Made by a program: the position numbers and the translations under genes. From Escherichia phage slur16, in the sequence record NC_028248.1: a stretch of 64,000 nucleotides of DNA. One strand, written 5' to 3'. A model generated the notes under the pieces. It was not told where the DNA came from. It ran no database searches and saw only the letters and a list, made by a program, of their open reading frames with translations. This document shows positions 34,031 to 43,755 of the stretch, in pieces. Numbering within the stretch: position 1 is the stretch's first letter; every line of letters starts with the position of its first letter.

Positions 34031-35987
34031 TCAGCTCACGGTATTCAATCATAGCAGGGGTGTCCCAATATTTCAAGCCTACATGCTTCAAAAGTGGATA
34101 TTTCTTTTCCAATCTTGCAATATAGGCCTTCCCGCATTTGACTCGGTTGGCGATTAAGATTTTGGCACGATGATTTAGCTCACTATGCTTCCACGCGGTG
34201 TTACCTTCCCACTTGTGGAAATGTGGCCGATAATTTCCAAAATCTTGCATGGGGATAATTTTCCCCAATTGTCTATACAGGCTGTCATATGAAGTTTCAT
34301 TTGCTGCGCGAGTCAGTAAGAATTTCCAAGCATCCTCTTTCAACAAATGTTCCACACTCTTCTCTGTAACATACTGGCAATCAGGATCAGTCCAAAGCAG
34401 ACGAGATTCTGATACCAGGTACAGATCTTCCCCTTCAGGAATCTGAAGTGCCGCACGCACACGGTCATAATTTTGCTGGTAGATGTTACTCAGCTGTCCC
34501 AGCCAACAACTTCCACGTTGGATATCACCCTCATAAGGGATGCAGTGTTTAATCTTCCGGAACTCTGCCTTAGTAATACGCTCACGGCGAAAGTAACCAT
34601 CCTTCTCAAGTTTTTTAACCCAATAACCTGGCTCATAACGAGTTTTTGTTTCACCTTTCTTGACAGGTCGGCGAGGGAGCTCTGATAACAATTTGACCGT
34701 ATCTGCAAAGAACGGGTGGTGTGCCGCTTCTTTAAACTCTTCCACCAGATCCGTGTTACGGCAATAGAAAACGTTGCGTCCGGTGATCTCGCTTAAGTAG
34801 TTACACTTATTTCGGTTATATTTGCCGTCTCCGTCGTTAAATACTAAATAGACTCCCCGCAAAAACTCTGACTTTCCATAACGAGCATAGCCTATGCGGC
34901 CTTTATTTAAGCCGCCAGCGAAAATTTCACAATCGCCTAAGTCTCCAAGTCCTGTTTCTTCCCAACGGTTCCACATAAAGTTTTTGCCGAAGATGTGTCC
35001 GAACACCCCACTATTCTTCATCATTTCACGTGCTTCTGCGGAGGTTTTTGCCGTCTCCAGTTCTGCAACAACTTCTGCCCCGCGAAGACGTATACCTTCT
35101 TTGACAAAGGCCTCCAGGCGATCCTGGAATCCACCGTCGTCATGGCCCTCTATGGTCCATTCACGCCCAGGGTTAATATTGCAATCCCCAATAGGAATTT
35201 CCACGCAGATTGCAGGGTAATCGGTCAATGTCTCCAGGAACTTAGAGCGGTAAGGTTGGTGACCCATCACAACACGGCTCTCATCAGAGCTGGTATAACC
35301 TTTCAGGATAGTCATTTTCCAACCATCTTTCTCGTAGCGATACTGCGCCTCAACCTTGTCACCTTCCAGCATCTTACTGGTCATAGGGTCGGTAACGGTA
35401 AACGGAAACTTTGCATAGCGTAGGCATGACGCAATAGCAGTGCGATATTTCAGAACATGCTCTTTCTTAACATGGAACTGAACTTTTACCCCGTTGTGCT
35501 CTTCAGTCTTCCGCTCGCGGATCTTGGTAACGTTTGGGATACCCTGATCCAAGAACAATAGATATGTGCTTTCAACACCGTTGTGCACACTGATCACATC
35601 GAAAGTGTCCACCATGCTGAACGGGGCCTTTGAACCTACACCTTTATTACCTACCAGAGCGTTGCTGTTGCGCTTGGTTGACTCCCCGAGGTTCATGAAA
35701 GTGTTGCGGACCATCTCTTCTGACATACCCAATCCAACGTCCTGCACAAAGAAGTATGGTTCAAGGTCTGTAGGGGAGTGAATGATGATCGGTACATCAC
35801 CCCGTCCAGACTCAACATGGGAGTCCACAGCATTGAAGATTGGTTCACGGCAGCTTGCCAGCACCTTATCTTCGTAAATCCCTTTAATGATTAGCCCAAA
35901 AGTCTCTTTGTTCAGAGAAATTGAGCCCCTGGTGACCTCCATATTTCCGGTTAGTACTGCTTTAGTTTCATTACTGTTTACAATCAT
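34005..35987 (-). CDS. GHKL-family ATPase, rIIA-like
   Basis: N-box EPIFNAVD; G1 box VQDVGLGM; G2 box GNKGVGSKA; 660 aa. Confidence 0.6.
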   Translation of the reverse strand: MIVNSNETKAVLTGNMEVTRGSISLNKETFGLIIKGIYEDKVLASCREPIFNAVDSHVESGRGDVPIIIHSPTDLEPYFFVQDVGLGMSEEMVRNTFMNLGESTKRNSNALVGNKGVGSKAPFSMVDTFDVISVHNGVESTYLLFLDQGIPNVTKIRERKTEEHNGVKVQFHVKKEHVLKYRTAIASCLRYAKFPFTVTDPMTSKMLEGDKVEAQYRYEKDGWKMTILKGYTSSDESRVVMGHQPYRSKFLETLTDYPAICVEIPIGDCNINPGREWTIEGHDDGGFQDRLEAFVKEGIRLRGAEVVAELETAKTSAEAREMMKNSGVFGHIFGKNFMWNRWEETGLGDLGDCEIFAGGLNKGRIGYARYGKSEFLRGVYLVFNDGDGKYNRNKCNYLSEITGRNVFYCRNTDLVEEFKEAAHHPFFADTVKLLSELPRRPVKKGETKTRYEPGYWVKKLEKDGYFRRERITKAEFRKIKHCIPYEGDIQRGSCWLGQLSNIYQQNYDRVRAALQIPEGEDLYLVSESRLLWTDPDCQYVTEKSVEHLLKEDAWKFLLTRAANETSYDSLYRQLGKIIPMQDFGNYRPHFHKWEGNTAWKHSELNHRAKILIANRVKCGKAYIARLEKKYPLLKHVGLKYWDTPAMIEYRELIDTKNNTK

Positions 35988-36484
35988 TTATTGCGCTCCT
36001 TGTAGTAGATATGACTCCCGAATTGAGCTGTCCTCTGCATCTTTTTTGCCCATTTCGGTCGTACTTTGGTTGTATGGTAGTGTGTTGCTCCACCTGTTAT
36101 GTCCATAGCCATGTATGCAACATGGTTGTTATTATAGACCTTTAGAAGCATCTTTGCAAGACTTTTAGCGTGATCCCATGAATCTTTTTCTGTCACCTTA
36201 AAAGTTTTGCCGTGGTTTGTCCACGAAAACTGGTTAGGTTGGTAGACAATCTTTCTTATAGTGTCTGGGTATTTGGGGTGAGATTTCCTGTTTAGTGTGG
36301 CAAATCCTGATGCCAGCATACCCATCGTGCCATCCCCTCTAGCCTCCCTGTAGATATTGCATGCCAGAATGTTTTCCTTAGTATCTGAGGGCTTGCAAGT
36401 ATGATATACTTTTTGTTTTGGTGCTGCAACAACAGGCAGCGATAAAAATGCGCTCAAAATAATAGCAAAGATCTTAATTTTCAC
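35984..36484 (-). CDS. secreted cell wall hydrolase, SleB / Hydrolase_2-like
   Basis: Signal peptide MKIKIFAIILSAFLSLPVVAAP; NIYREARGDG…LNR…QPNQFSW…ATHYH matches the SleB-type pattern; GTG start with GGAG 5 nt upstream. Confidence 0.5.
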   Translation of the reverse strand: MKIKIFAIILSAFLSLPVVAAPKQKVYHTCKPSDTKENILACNIYREARGDGTMGMLASGFATLNRKSHPKYPDTIRKIVYQPNQFSWTNHGKTFKVTEKDSWDHAKSLAKMLLKVYNNNHVAYMAMDITGGATHYHTTKVRPKWAKKMQRTAQFGSHIYYKERNK

Positions 36485-36504
36485 AATAACTCCAAATAGA
36501 AAAT

Positions 36505-36520
36505 CCCCGCCGAAGCGGGG
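36505..36520 (-). terminator. intrinsic terminator hairpin
   Basis: Minus strand ccccgcttcggcgggg followed by attttctattt; same 16-mer at 62751-62766. Confidence 0.55.
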
Positions 36521-36533
36521 GAGGTCTTAGAAA

Positions 36534-36914
36534 TCAATCGTAGTGTGCCAAAATCTCTCCATCGTTGCAAGTTCCCTCTACAAAGTTATGAAGATTCATG
36601 CACTCATCTTGATAGAAGAATTTACCGCTTTTCAGCCGTAAGCCAAACAACTCCGCATCTCCACGATGGCAAGCCTCTACAAGTTCATAGATTTCATACG
36701 GCAACTCTCCGTCGTCATGGAAGAACCCAGCCTTATCGTTGACATAGATGAAGAAATAATCACTGCTATCGCAAGCGTCCAATATTTCAAACCAGATTTC
36801 ATCTACATCTTTTTCTCGGATATCGATCACGCAAGTGGAGCTGCATTCGTACTCCTTCTCCGGCTCTTCGGTCAATACTACCAGGTAGTTTCCCCGCTTA
36901 CCTACTTTAGCCAT
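36534..36914 (-). CDS. hypothetical acidic protein (126 aa)
   Basis: Track ORF. Confidence 0.5.
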   Translation of the reverse strand: MAKVGKRGNYLVVLTEEPEKEYECSSTCVIDIREKDVDEIWFEILDACDSSDYFFIYVNDKAGFFHDDGELPYEIYELVEACHRGDAELFGLRLKSGKFFYQDECMNLHNFVEGTCNDGEILAHYD

Positions 36915-36923
36915 ACAACCTCC

Positions 36924-38108
36924 TCAAGCTTTAGCCAAAATGGCGCTAAACTCTTCACCAAACTCTTTTACAATCTTCATCAGGTTTGGGTATGCTTTAA
37001 TCAGCTGAGCAACAATCTTGTCACGCCCTTTACCGATAAGCAAGGCATTTCCTAAGGCATTAGGTTTCATCATCGCCATAAAGACTGAGAATACAAAATC
37101 TCGGTTCTCGTCCTTGAAATTTTCCCAAAGGAAATCGAGGAAGTTTGCCACACAGCTAACAAGATCTTCGTCGGAGATACTTGCATTTTCCATCATATTA
37201 CGAATAGCGATACAACCTTCAGACCCAAGAATCCACAAGATGTCTGGCTGTTTAGGACCTATGTATTCTTTGCAACCCCCTGCCATAATCCGACCGATTT
37301 CCGGTAAGTTGCGTTTCTTGGTGTGGTAGGTCCAGATCTCTACCGCTGCAGTGTGACCAATAGCACCTTGCAGAAGAACACGGGCCATAGCGTCAGAAAT
37401 AATACCGCTGTCAAAATCGTGCAAGATGTCAGATGCAGCAACCCAAGATCGCGGTGTGGCAAAAGATGGACAATTAATCTCAGCCATAGCCTCATAATTA
37501 TCGATAGCTGATGGAACTCTTTTCAGATACCCAATTACAGAGGAGTGCACCCCATTGAGGAATGCGTAGTCCTCAATAAACACCTCTGCATTGCTTGTAA
37601 CCTCTACAATGATAAAGCGGTTAGCCAGAGGAGCTTCGAGCGCCGAAAGAACAGCACCATCTGTAGAACGGTTACCCGCAGCCACAAAAACAGAGCCTTT
37701 AGGGAATGCATAGGTGCCGCACTTGTGGTCGAGCATAATCTGCATTGCAACCTTTTGCAGATAGTTATCTGCATGAGTAAGCTCATCCAGAAAGATAATT
37801 CCACCCCAGTTCGGATCTGCAGGCCAAAATTCTGGAATTGCAAACACTGTACGTGTAGTTCCATCAGCTTCTACAGGGATAGGTAGCCCAGATAAGTCGG
37901 CAGGATCTTTATCTGACAGCCGCACGTCAACCAGGTTGTCATCTCGCTCACCGAACATATTATCGGCGATCTGCTTCATCACCTGGCTCTTTCCCACGCC
38001 CATTGGTCCTAAAATCAGGACAGATCGGTTATGACGCTGGGCAAACTGAATGATAGCTGGCAACTCACGGACAGTGATTTGACCACTTTCAAATACGTTT
38101 CTTGACAT
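36924..38108 (-). CDS. AAA+ ATPase, MoxR / CobS-like
   Basis: Walker A LILGPMGVGKSQ; Walker B GIIFLDELTHA; 394 aa. Confidence 0.7.
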   Translation of the reverse strand: MSRNVFESGQITVRELPAIIQFAQRHNRSVLILGPMGVGKSQVMKQIADNMFGERDDNLVDVRLSDKDPADLSGLPIPVEADGTTRTVFAIPEFWPADPNWGGIIFLDELTHADNYLQKVAMQIMLDHKCGTYAFPKGSVFVAAGNRSTDGAVLSALEAPLANRFIIVEVTSNAEVFIEDYAFLNGVHSSVIGYLKRVPSAIDNYEAMAEINCPSFATPRSWVAASDILHDFDSGIISDAMARVLLQGAIGHTAAVEIWTYHTKKRNLPEIGRIMAGGCKEYIGPKQPDILWILGSEGCIAIRNMMENASISDEDLVSCVANFLDFLWENFKDENRDFVFSVFMAMMKPNALGNALLIGKGRDKIVAQLIKAYPNLMKIVKEFGEEFSAILAKA

Positions 38109-38416
38109 TAGTAAAAGTCCTCTACTTGTGTGTAAGTGTTTTCAAAGTTTTCCAAAACAGATGCCACATCGGATCTGTCAATATCGTACACAACTTCCCA
38201 GTTGTATGCAACCCTTTCTGCTGTTGCTTCTTCAGGACTTAGCCGTCTACTGGGGTGAAAGAATGTTGGGGTACACCTTCTTAGTTGTCTTCCGGTTTTC
38301 CCATAACAATATCTGTGGATAACTTTGTCAAAATTTAACTCTTTTTCTGCACAAAGTTCGTGTTTCTGGTATAACATGTTTATTACTCTTCTAAGCGGCA
38401 TCCCTGCCACCACCAC
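38108..38416 (-). CDS. hypothetical protein (102 aa)
   Basis: Track ORF; stop overlaps the MoxR start. Confidence 0.45.
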   Translation of the reverse strand: MVVAGMPLRRVINMLYQKHELCAEKELNFDKVIHRYCYGKTGRQLRRCTPTFFHPSRRLSPEEATAERVAYNWEVVYDIDRSDVASVLENFENTYTQVEDFY

Positions 38417-38419
38417 CTG

Positions 38420-38800
38420 CTAGAATGCAGTTCGAATCCAGACAAGGTTCTTATCTGCCCAATCATAGAGGCAAGTCATTGCGCTATTGAATTGCTCACA
38501 CGGAGGATAATCTTCTTCCATCTGGCGCATAGCAGAGCCTTGTGGGTAAAGCTCCCGTGCTGCAAGCCACGCATCGTAGTCATCCACGGTATCGAAGTAG
38601 TATACAACATCCTCCAACTCAGGATCGAACTTTGAATTATCAGGATCCAGTTGTTCAGGGAACTTGGAGCGTAACTTGCCAGCCACAATGCTTGCCAACT
38701 CGCTAACATGCTTATTGTCCCACTCTACTAGTTTCCCGTCTTCAGCGATGCGTCCTAACCACTGATCATGAAGGTCAACTGTTGTCTTCCACCGGGCCAT
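38420..38800 (-). CDS. hypothetical protein (126 aa)
   Basis: Track ORF. Confidence 0.45.
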   Translation of the reverse strand: MARWKTTVDLHDQWLGRIAEDGKLVEWDNKHVSELASIVAGKLRSKFPEQLDPDNSKFDPELEDVVYYFDTVDDYDAWLAARELYPQGSAMRQMEEDYPPCEQFNSAMTCLYDWADKNLVWIRTAF

Positions 38801-38802
38801 TA

Positions 38803-39060
38803 TCAGTCCACCTCTTCTTCTCGTTGCAGTTCAAGATACCCGTAGGTCTGGATATCTTCAAGGGTGTGGAAATCCCCATCTGCCGCTAAGGCACGAACAA
38901 CTTGGCACAAAACTTTATGAGGAACTTCATCCAGACCCAGATTCAGTGCAGGGAACACCTTATCTAAGTCAACAAAATAAACGAACTGTAGCTCACCAGC
39001 TTCAAAAGGTGTATCTTCAATAAACATCTTCTCGGCATTAGTCAAGATCTGCACTTTCAT
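38803..39060 (-). CDS. hypothetical acidic protein (85 aa)
   Basis: Track ORF. Confidence 0.45.
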   Translation of the reverse strand: MKVQILTNAEKMFIEDTPFEAGELQFVYFVDLDKVFPALNLGLDEVPHKVLCQVVRALAADGDFHTLEDIQTYGYLELQREEEVD

Positions 39061-39437
39061 TATTCTGCCTCCTCTTCTTTTTCTTCGGCGTTAGTTTCAG
39101 TGCTACCCCACTCTGGAGTTTCCACCTCGATAGTAAACTCACGCACTACACGGTAATTGCCCATGAAGCGCTCCACCTCGTCAAGGCTTATGGCGAGGCC
39201 ATTGGAAACCAGGTCTGCAGCACCCTCTTCTACCAGATAGTCCAGATTGGCTTCCAAAGCTTCAGGCTCGAACCCTGTCAATGCAATCAGATAACCTTTC
39301 CCTTCATCAGGTAGGACAATACAGCCCAACTGATTTTCTTTAAAAAGGCAGTGACCATCATTATTGATGGGGTGTTCATTGCAGTAAATAGCTGCACGAT
39401 AAGTAGCTTTAGACATCGGTAAGGCCTCCTTAGGCAA
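39060..39437 (-). CDS. hypothetical protein (125 aa)
   Basis: Track ORF. Confidence 0.45.
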   Translation of the reverse strand: MPKEALPMSKATYRAAIYCNEHPINNDGHCLFKENQLGCIVLPDEGKGYLIALTGFEPEALEANLDYLVEEGAADLVSNGLAISLDEVERFMGNYRVVREFTIEVETPEWGSTETNAEEKEEEAE

Positions 39438-39708
39438 TTGTCATTTTACATTCTTGAAATTTTAACACAAGACGGTGATTGTGTCTAGTGTCTAAAAAGA
39501 TTTTTTCAACCATCAGGCACACGGTATAACCGTCCATCTTGTTAACAACAAAATCTCCAGGGTGAGGGAGGATGTCCCCTGGATTGGGGAAACATAACCC
39601 GCTCAAGAAGGCATCATCGGTGGTGGACTTAATGGATTTCCACACATTGTCTGCCTGAACATTTTCACCCACATAGTATACACTACCACATGCCTTCATC
39701 ATAGTCAA
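39430..39708 (-). CDS. hypothetical protein (92 aa)
   Basis: Track ORF. Confidence 0.4.
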   Translation of the reverse strand: MTMMKACGSVYYVGENVQADNVWKSIKSTTDDAFLSGLCFPNPGDILPHPGDFVVNKMDGYTVCLMVEKIFLDTRHNHRLVLKFQECKMTIA

Positions 39709-40604
39709 ATCTCCGCGTAAATTAAACTGGAATCAGTATACTTCTTTAACGGGTAAATATCCTGTCCATAGATGCCGTCATTAAACACCTCATCTACCCA
39801 AAGGCTACACTTATATCCCATCATTTCTAAAACGCCCATCTCTTCTTCGGTGAACTTATCACCGCTCTTGCAAGATGTCAATACCTCATTCTGTACTCTT
39901 GCTACCTCGAAGCGGTTATTGGCAATATCACTATTGGCAATCAAATACTCACCTAAAGGGTGTGCAGCATTAAAGATGCACAGTGGACGGTTGACGTAAT
40001 AGTCTCCCGGTGTATAAAAATTGTTGAGATCCTTCACCAGAACATTCTTATCAGTCACTTCATTTATAACATCATGCATATCACACATCTTTATATGTTT
40101 GAGGATTCCATCCCCCATCACAAAATAAAAACTTGCTGAGACACTCTCGGCATAGATCTTACTAGATCCGTTGTAGTTGTATTTTACGCGAATGCTTACA
40201 GGGGTTTTGCCTGTCGCGTTAGCCATCATCCAAAGGAACGGAAGTTCAAACCTCTCCTCTGAGGAAACAAAAGGTGAAGTTGCCAGAGATCGGAAACCTC
40301 CAGAAAAGTTGAAAGTTACAGAGCCGCTCCGGCGGTATGATACCGCGTATTCTACTTTTATATCGACGTACCCATTGGAATAGGTGTGTCCTTCATTATC
40401 TAAATATGTCCACTTATCAGACCCAGATACCAATCTACGCTCAATAACCTTCATCACTACAGGAATTAGTGGGTTGGTACAAACCGCTTTTGAAGTAGCT
40501 TTATCATCTAAAGCCTCGTAAATTGCAGAAAGGATGTCCCCAGCTGAAAGATTGGTTGTTATGTCCTGTTTCCACCGCGTACTAAAACTGTTAAGATTTG
40601 CCAT
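39705..40604 (-). CDS. hypothetical protein (299 aa), first gene of the leftward unit
   Basis: Track ORF; start faces the divergent intergenic region 40605-40680. Confidence 0.5.
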   Translation of the reverse strand: MANLNSFSTRWKQDITTNLSAGDILSAIYEALDDKATSKAVCTNPLIPVVMKVIERRLVSGSDKWTYLDNEGHTYSNGYVDIKVEYAVSYRRSGSVTFNFSGGFRSLATSPFVSSEERFELPFLWMMANATGKTPVSIRVKYNYNGSSKIYAESVSASFYFVMGDGILKHIKMCDMHDVINEVTDKNVLVKDLNNFYTPGDYYVNRPLCIFNAAHPLGEYLIANSDIANNRFEVARVQNEVLTSCKSGDKFTEEEMGVLEMMGYKCSLWVDEVFNDGIYGQDIYPLKKYTDSSLIYAEI

Positions 40605-40683
40605 AAGTAAGTGCTCCTATGTTAGTTTTCTTTCGAATGGGTGCACTATATTGTGGAGTTAGAGTAAAGTCAACACGTTTTTG

Positions 40684-41724
40684 ATGTTGACATCTGTTGA
40701 GACAATTGATACGATTTCTTCACTTACAGAGCACGAGAGACGACTCATGAATCTTGAAAAATATTATACACCAGAAGAGTTAGAGCGCTTGCTCAAAAAA
40801 TATAGACGCAAACAGAATAACGCACGGAAACGAGATATAGAGTTCGACCTGTCATGGGAAGAATACCTCCTATTTGGTAAAAAACTTTTAGGGGAGGGGG
40901 TATGCGACTACACCCTTATACCTTTCGACATGCACACAGATGAAAACGGACTGGGAAATCCTTTCTACCCATCTCTGGAGCGGATAGATGATGAAGGTCC
41001 TTACGCAATTGATAATTGTTGTGTGGTAGGGTTGAGGTGCAATGCTCTGAAAGACTGTCTGGTAGATAAAAAGACTGCAATCCTGATTAAAGACAAAACT
41101 GATCGAAAAATTGTCCAGCAGATGATGCTCCACCTGAGCGAAGAGCGTATGGAGAAATTGAAAGGTGATTATACTTTTGAAGATTTCATCTTGCAATACG
41201 GGACAGAAGAAGATAAACTAGCACTATTTGACGAAGAGGAGGAAGATATGTCACCAATGCAGGACTTTAAAAATTTCATGGCTGATCGTGCAGCCAACAA
41301 ACACATTTCAGACATCGTAAACGAGACTGTGGCAGAAGAAATTGAAGAACAGAACTCTGAAGAGGAAAAAGATCCTCAGGAGGTCGAAGAGGAGATTGCA
41401 GAAGAAGTTCCTGCACTGCCTGATGATGTTGAGATTGCTAAGGCTTACACTTTCTATTGTCAAACGTTCTACGATGCAGGTATGAAAGTTGATCTGTCGT
41501 TCAGCCAATTTAAGAGTTCGTATATTCGCAAATGCTGTGCTTTAACTGGTGAACGTCTCGGAGCTGGACTTAAACCACTGTTGGTGACCGACTGGAATAA
41601 AGGTTTCACTAAAGGAAACTTTATGGTAGTATCTCCAATTATGGAGAAAGCTATGACAGATCTTATGAAGACCACCCGCATGACAATGACCGAGTTGGCA
41701 GGTATTTTCAAACACGTTAAATAA
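40684..41724 (+). CDS. protein with two degenerate HNH / endonuclease VII-like repeats and an acidic linker
   Basis: Repeat 1 DLSWEEY…CDYT…SLERIDDEGPYAIDNCCVVGLRCNALK; repeat 2 DLSFSQF…CALTGERL…LLVTDWNKGFTKGNFMVVSPIMEKAM; track TTG start 40681, no clear RBS. Confidence 0.4.
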   Translation: MLTSVETIDTISSLTEHERRLMNLEKYYTPEELERLLKKYRRKQNNARKRDIEFDLSWEEYLLFGKKLLGEGVCDYTLIPFDMHTDENGLGNPFYPSLERIDDEGPYAIDNCCVVGLRCNALKDCLVDKKTAILIKDKTDRKIVQQMMLHLSEERMEKLKGDYTFEDFILQYGTEEDKLALFDEEEEDMSPMQDFKNFMADRAANKHISDIVNETVAEEIEEQNSEEEKDPQEVEEEIAEEVPALPDDVEIAKAYTFYCQTFYDAGMKVDLSFSQFKSSYIRKCCALTGERLGAGLKPLLVTDWNKGFTKGNFMVVSPIMEKAMTDLMKTTRMTMTELAGIFKHVK

Positions 41725-41736
41725 TGACAGGGGCCA

Positions 41737-43218
41737 ATGGCCCCTTCTGGAGTTTTAATGGATAGCAGAAGTTCAGAAATCATTGCCTCACAGAAAGATG
41801 ATGCCCTGAGAATGTTGCAGGCTGCACGTATGTATCTCCTTGAAAAGCTGCCGTTTTATGGCACACTGCTGTCAGGGTTGCAGTTCGTAGAAAACCACAC
41901 ATGGTGCTCCACCATGGCAACCGACCATAAACGCATTTATTACAGCCCTGAGTTCATTATGGGATTGGCTGATGAACGCAAGGCTATTCTTAAGGCTTCT
42001 CTAACTGACGAGCAGTTTGAGATGGCTGAAGTTTTCTATTCCCCAAAATCTGTGAAAGAGGTGGCCTTCCTTCTGTCACATGAGGTGGGGCATATTATCT
42101 GTGATCACCTGGTCCGTGGTAAAAGCTTTGAGCCGGAACTGTTCAATATTGCTTGTGATCACGTTATCAACACAGGTCTTGTGGTTGACTTTAGCAAGCC
42201 TCCTTGTGTTTTCTTCCCGAAGGGGAAAAGCACTACGTTCGTGAAAGGCAAGCCTTTTGGCTTCTTAGCTAACTGCTACTGCGACATGAAGTTTCATGGA
42301 TGGATTGCTGAGAACGTCTATGCAGTTCTTGATAAGCAAAGAGATCAGAATAACGGTAAAAGTAAGAGCGGTAAAGGTGAGAACTCTCAAGGAGATAAGC
42401 GACAAACCGATGATCACATGAGTGGGAACGGTGGCACCAGTGATGATCTTGGAAAGGCTATGGGGTATGATCAGCCACAACCTGTAATCAGCCAATCTGA
42501 TAAAGATCAGGCCATGCAGGACTCTGGCGATATGCTGGAGGCAGCAATGCAAGCGTCCGGAGGTCGTTGCCCTGAGGCGGTTCGTGAGTTTGTCAAGAAT
42601 AGAGGTAAGCCTGTAATCAATTATATAGACATCATCAAGCAGCGTATGTTGTCTAAAAGAAAGGCCGAACTGACCTACAGAAAACCTGGTCGCCGATCTG
42701 GGTCTTTGACCAGCACAATGCGAAAAGTCGGAGCTATAAACAAGAACCAGCACGTTATTGTTCCTGGTCGTAATCCGGAAAACACTATAGATATTGTGGT
42801 GGCTTTAGACGTTTCTGGCTCGATCTCTCAAAGAACTTTAAAGAAAATGTTCAATGAAATCACCGGATTGTGCAATCTGTATAAAGAATTTAAGGTTACA
42901 ATGTTCTGTTGGTCAACTGAGGTTGGAGAGGTTAAAGTATACACTCGCGGCAACATAGACGAAATGATCAACTATGAGGTCCACTCAACATGGGGAACAA
43001 CAGCTGCTTGCGTGTTCGAGTATCTGGATGCCAACATACCAAATGCAAAAGATGTCATCGTCCTGACCGACCTATACTTTGAGCATAACTTTGAACAAAA
43101 GGCTGTTGACAACAAGTGGAAAAAGTACGATACTTTATGGGTTCTAACCGAAGGGTATAATAAAAATTATATCCCTAGCTTTGGTAAAACTGTGGAATTA
43201 ATCGAGTACGCTAAGTAA
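41737..43218 (+). CDS. VWA-domain protein with N-terminal HExxH metallopeptidase-like domain
   Basis: HExxH at SHEVGHIICDH; MIDAS-like VVALDVSGSIS; 493 aa. Confidence 0.65.
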   Translation: MAPSGVLMDSRSSEIIASQKDDALRMLQAARMYLLEKLPFYGTLLSGLQFVENHTWCSTMATDHKRIYYSPEFIMGLADERKAILKASLTDEQFEMAEVFYSPKSVKEVAFLLSHEVGHIICDHLVRGKSFEPELFNIACDHVINTGLVVDFSKPPCVFFPKGKSTTFVKGKPFGFLANCYCDMKFHGWIAENVYAVLDKQRDQNNGKSKSGKGENSQGDKRQTDDHMSGNGGTSDDLGKAMGYDQPQPVISQSDKDQAMQDSGDMLEAAMQASGGRCPEAVREFVKNRGKPVINYIDIIKQRMLSKRKAELTYRKPGRRSGSLTSTMRKVGAINKNQHVIVPGRNPENTIDIVVALDVSGSISQRTLKKMFNEITGLCNLYKEFKVTMFCWSTEVGEVKVYTRGNIDEMINYEVHSTWGTTAACVFEYLDANIPNAKDVIVLTDLYFEHNFEQKAVDNKWKKYDTLWVLTEGYNKNYIPSFGKTVELIEYAK

Positions 43219-43224
43219 GAGAGG

Positions 43225-43491
43225 ATGTTATTTATGGCAACAGAGGTAGTAATTAAAGCTGAACGCCCAGTTAAAAAAGCTATCAACACGTTCCCTGTGG
43301 GAACCATTGTGAGCATGATCACAGAGTCAGGTCGTGTATCTACGCTGCTGATTGTGAAATCTGCATGTTCTTCTTGTGTGTGGGCTTACGATCTGGACGA
43401 GAAAGAACTAAAAGATTTTGTTGGGGAGCTGAAAGCAACCGAGCTCGATGCTCGTATCGAAGTATTTGGTGAAACTATGGAGGAAGAGTAA
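43225..43491 (+). CDS. hypothetical protein (88 aa)
   Basis: Track ORF; GAGAGGA before ATG. Confidence 0.45.
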   Translation: MLFMATEVVIKAERPVKKAINTFPVGTIVSMITESGRVSTLLIVKSACSSCVWAYDLDEKELKDFVGELKATELDARIEVFGETMEEE

Positions 43492-43754
43492 TGACCACGA
43501 AAATCACTATTGCAGAACCGAAAGCTAACACTCAACCCATCGAAAAGTTTAAATGCGGTGAGGTGGTAACATTTACGCCAGATAATGAAGATGCTAAGAT
43601 TTTCGCCATGGTCACAGCTGAGTGGATGTGTGACAACACCACACAGGTTCTGCGTTTTGACACCTACCTTACAGATGAAATCAGGAACGATAAGATCGTG
43701 ACTGGTGTAGATACTGAAATTATTTTCTACAAGAGCTTTTTAGAGGGTTTCTAA
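43491..43754 (+). CDS. hypothetical protein (87 aa)
   Basis: Track ORF; ATG overlaps upstream stop. Confidence 0.45.
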   Translation: MTTKITIAEPKANTQPIEKFKCGEVVTFTPDNEDAKIFAMVTAEWMCDNTTQVLRFDTYLTDEIRNDKIVTGVDTEIIFYKSFLEGF

Positions 43755-43755
43755 T

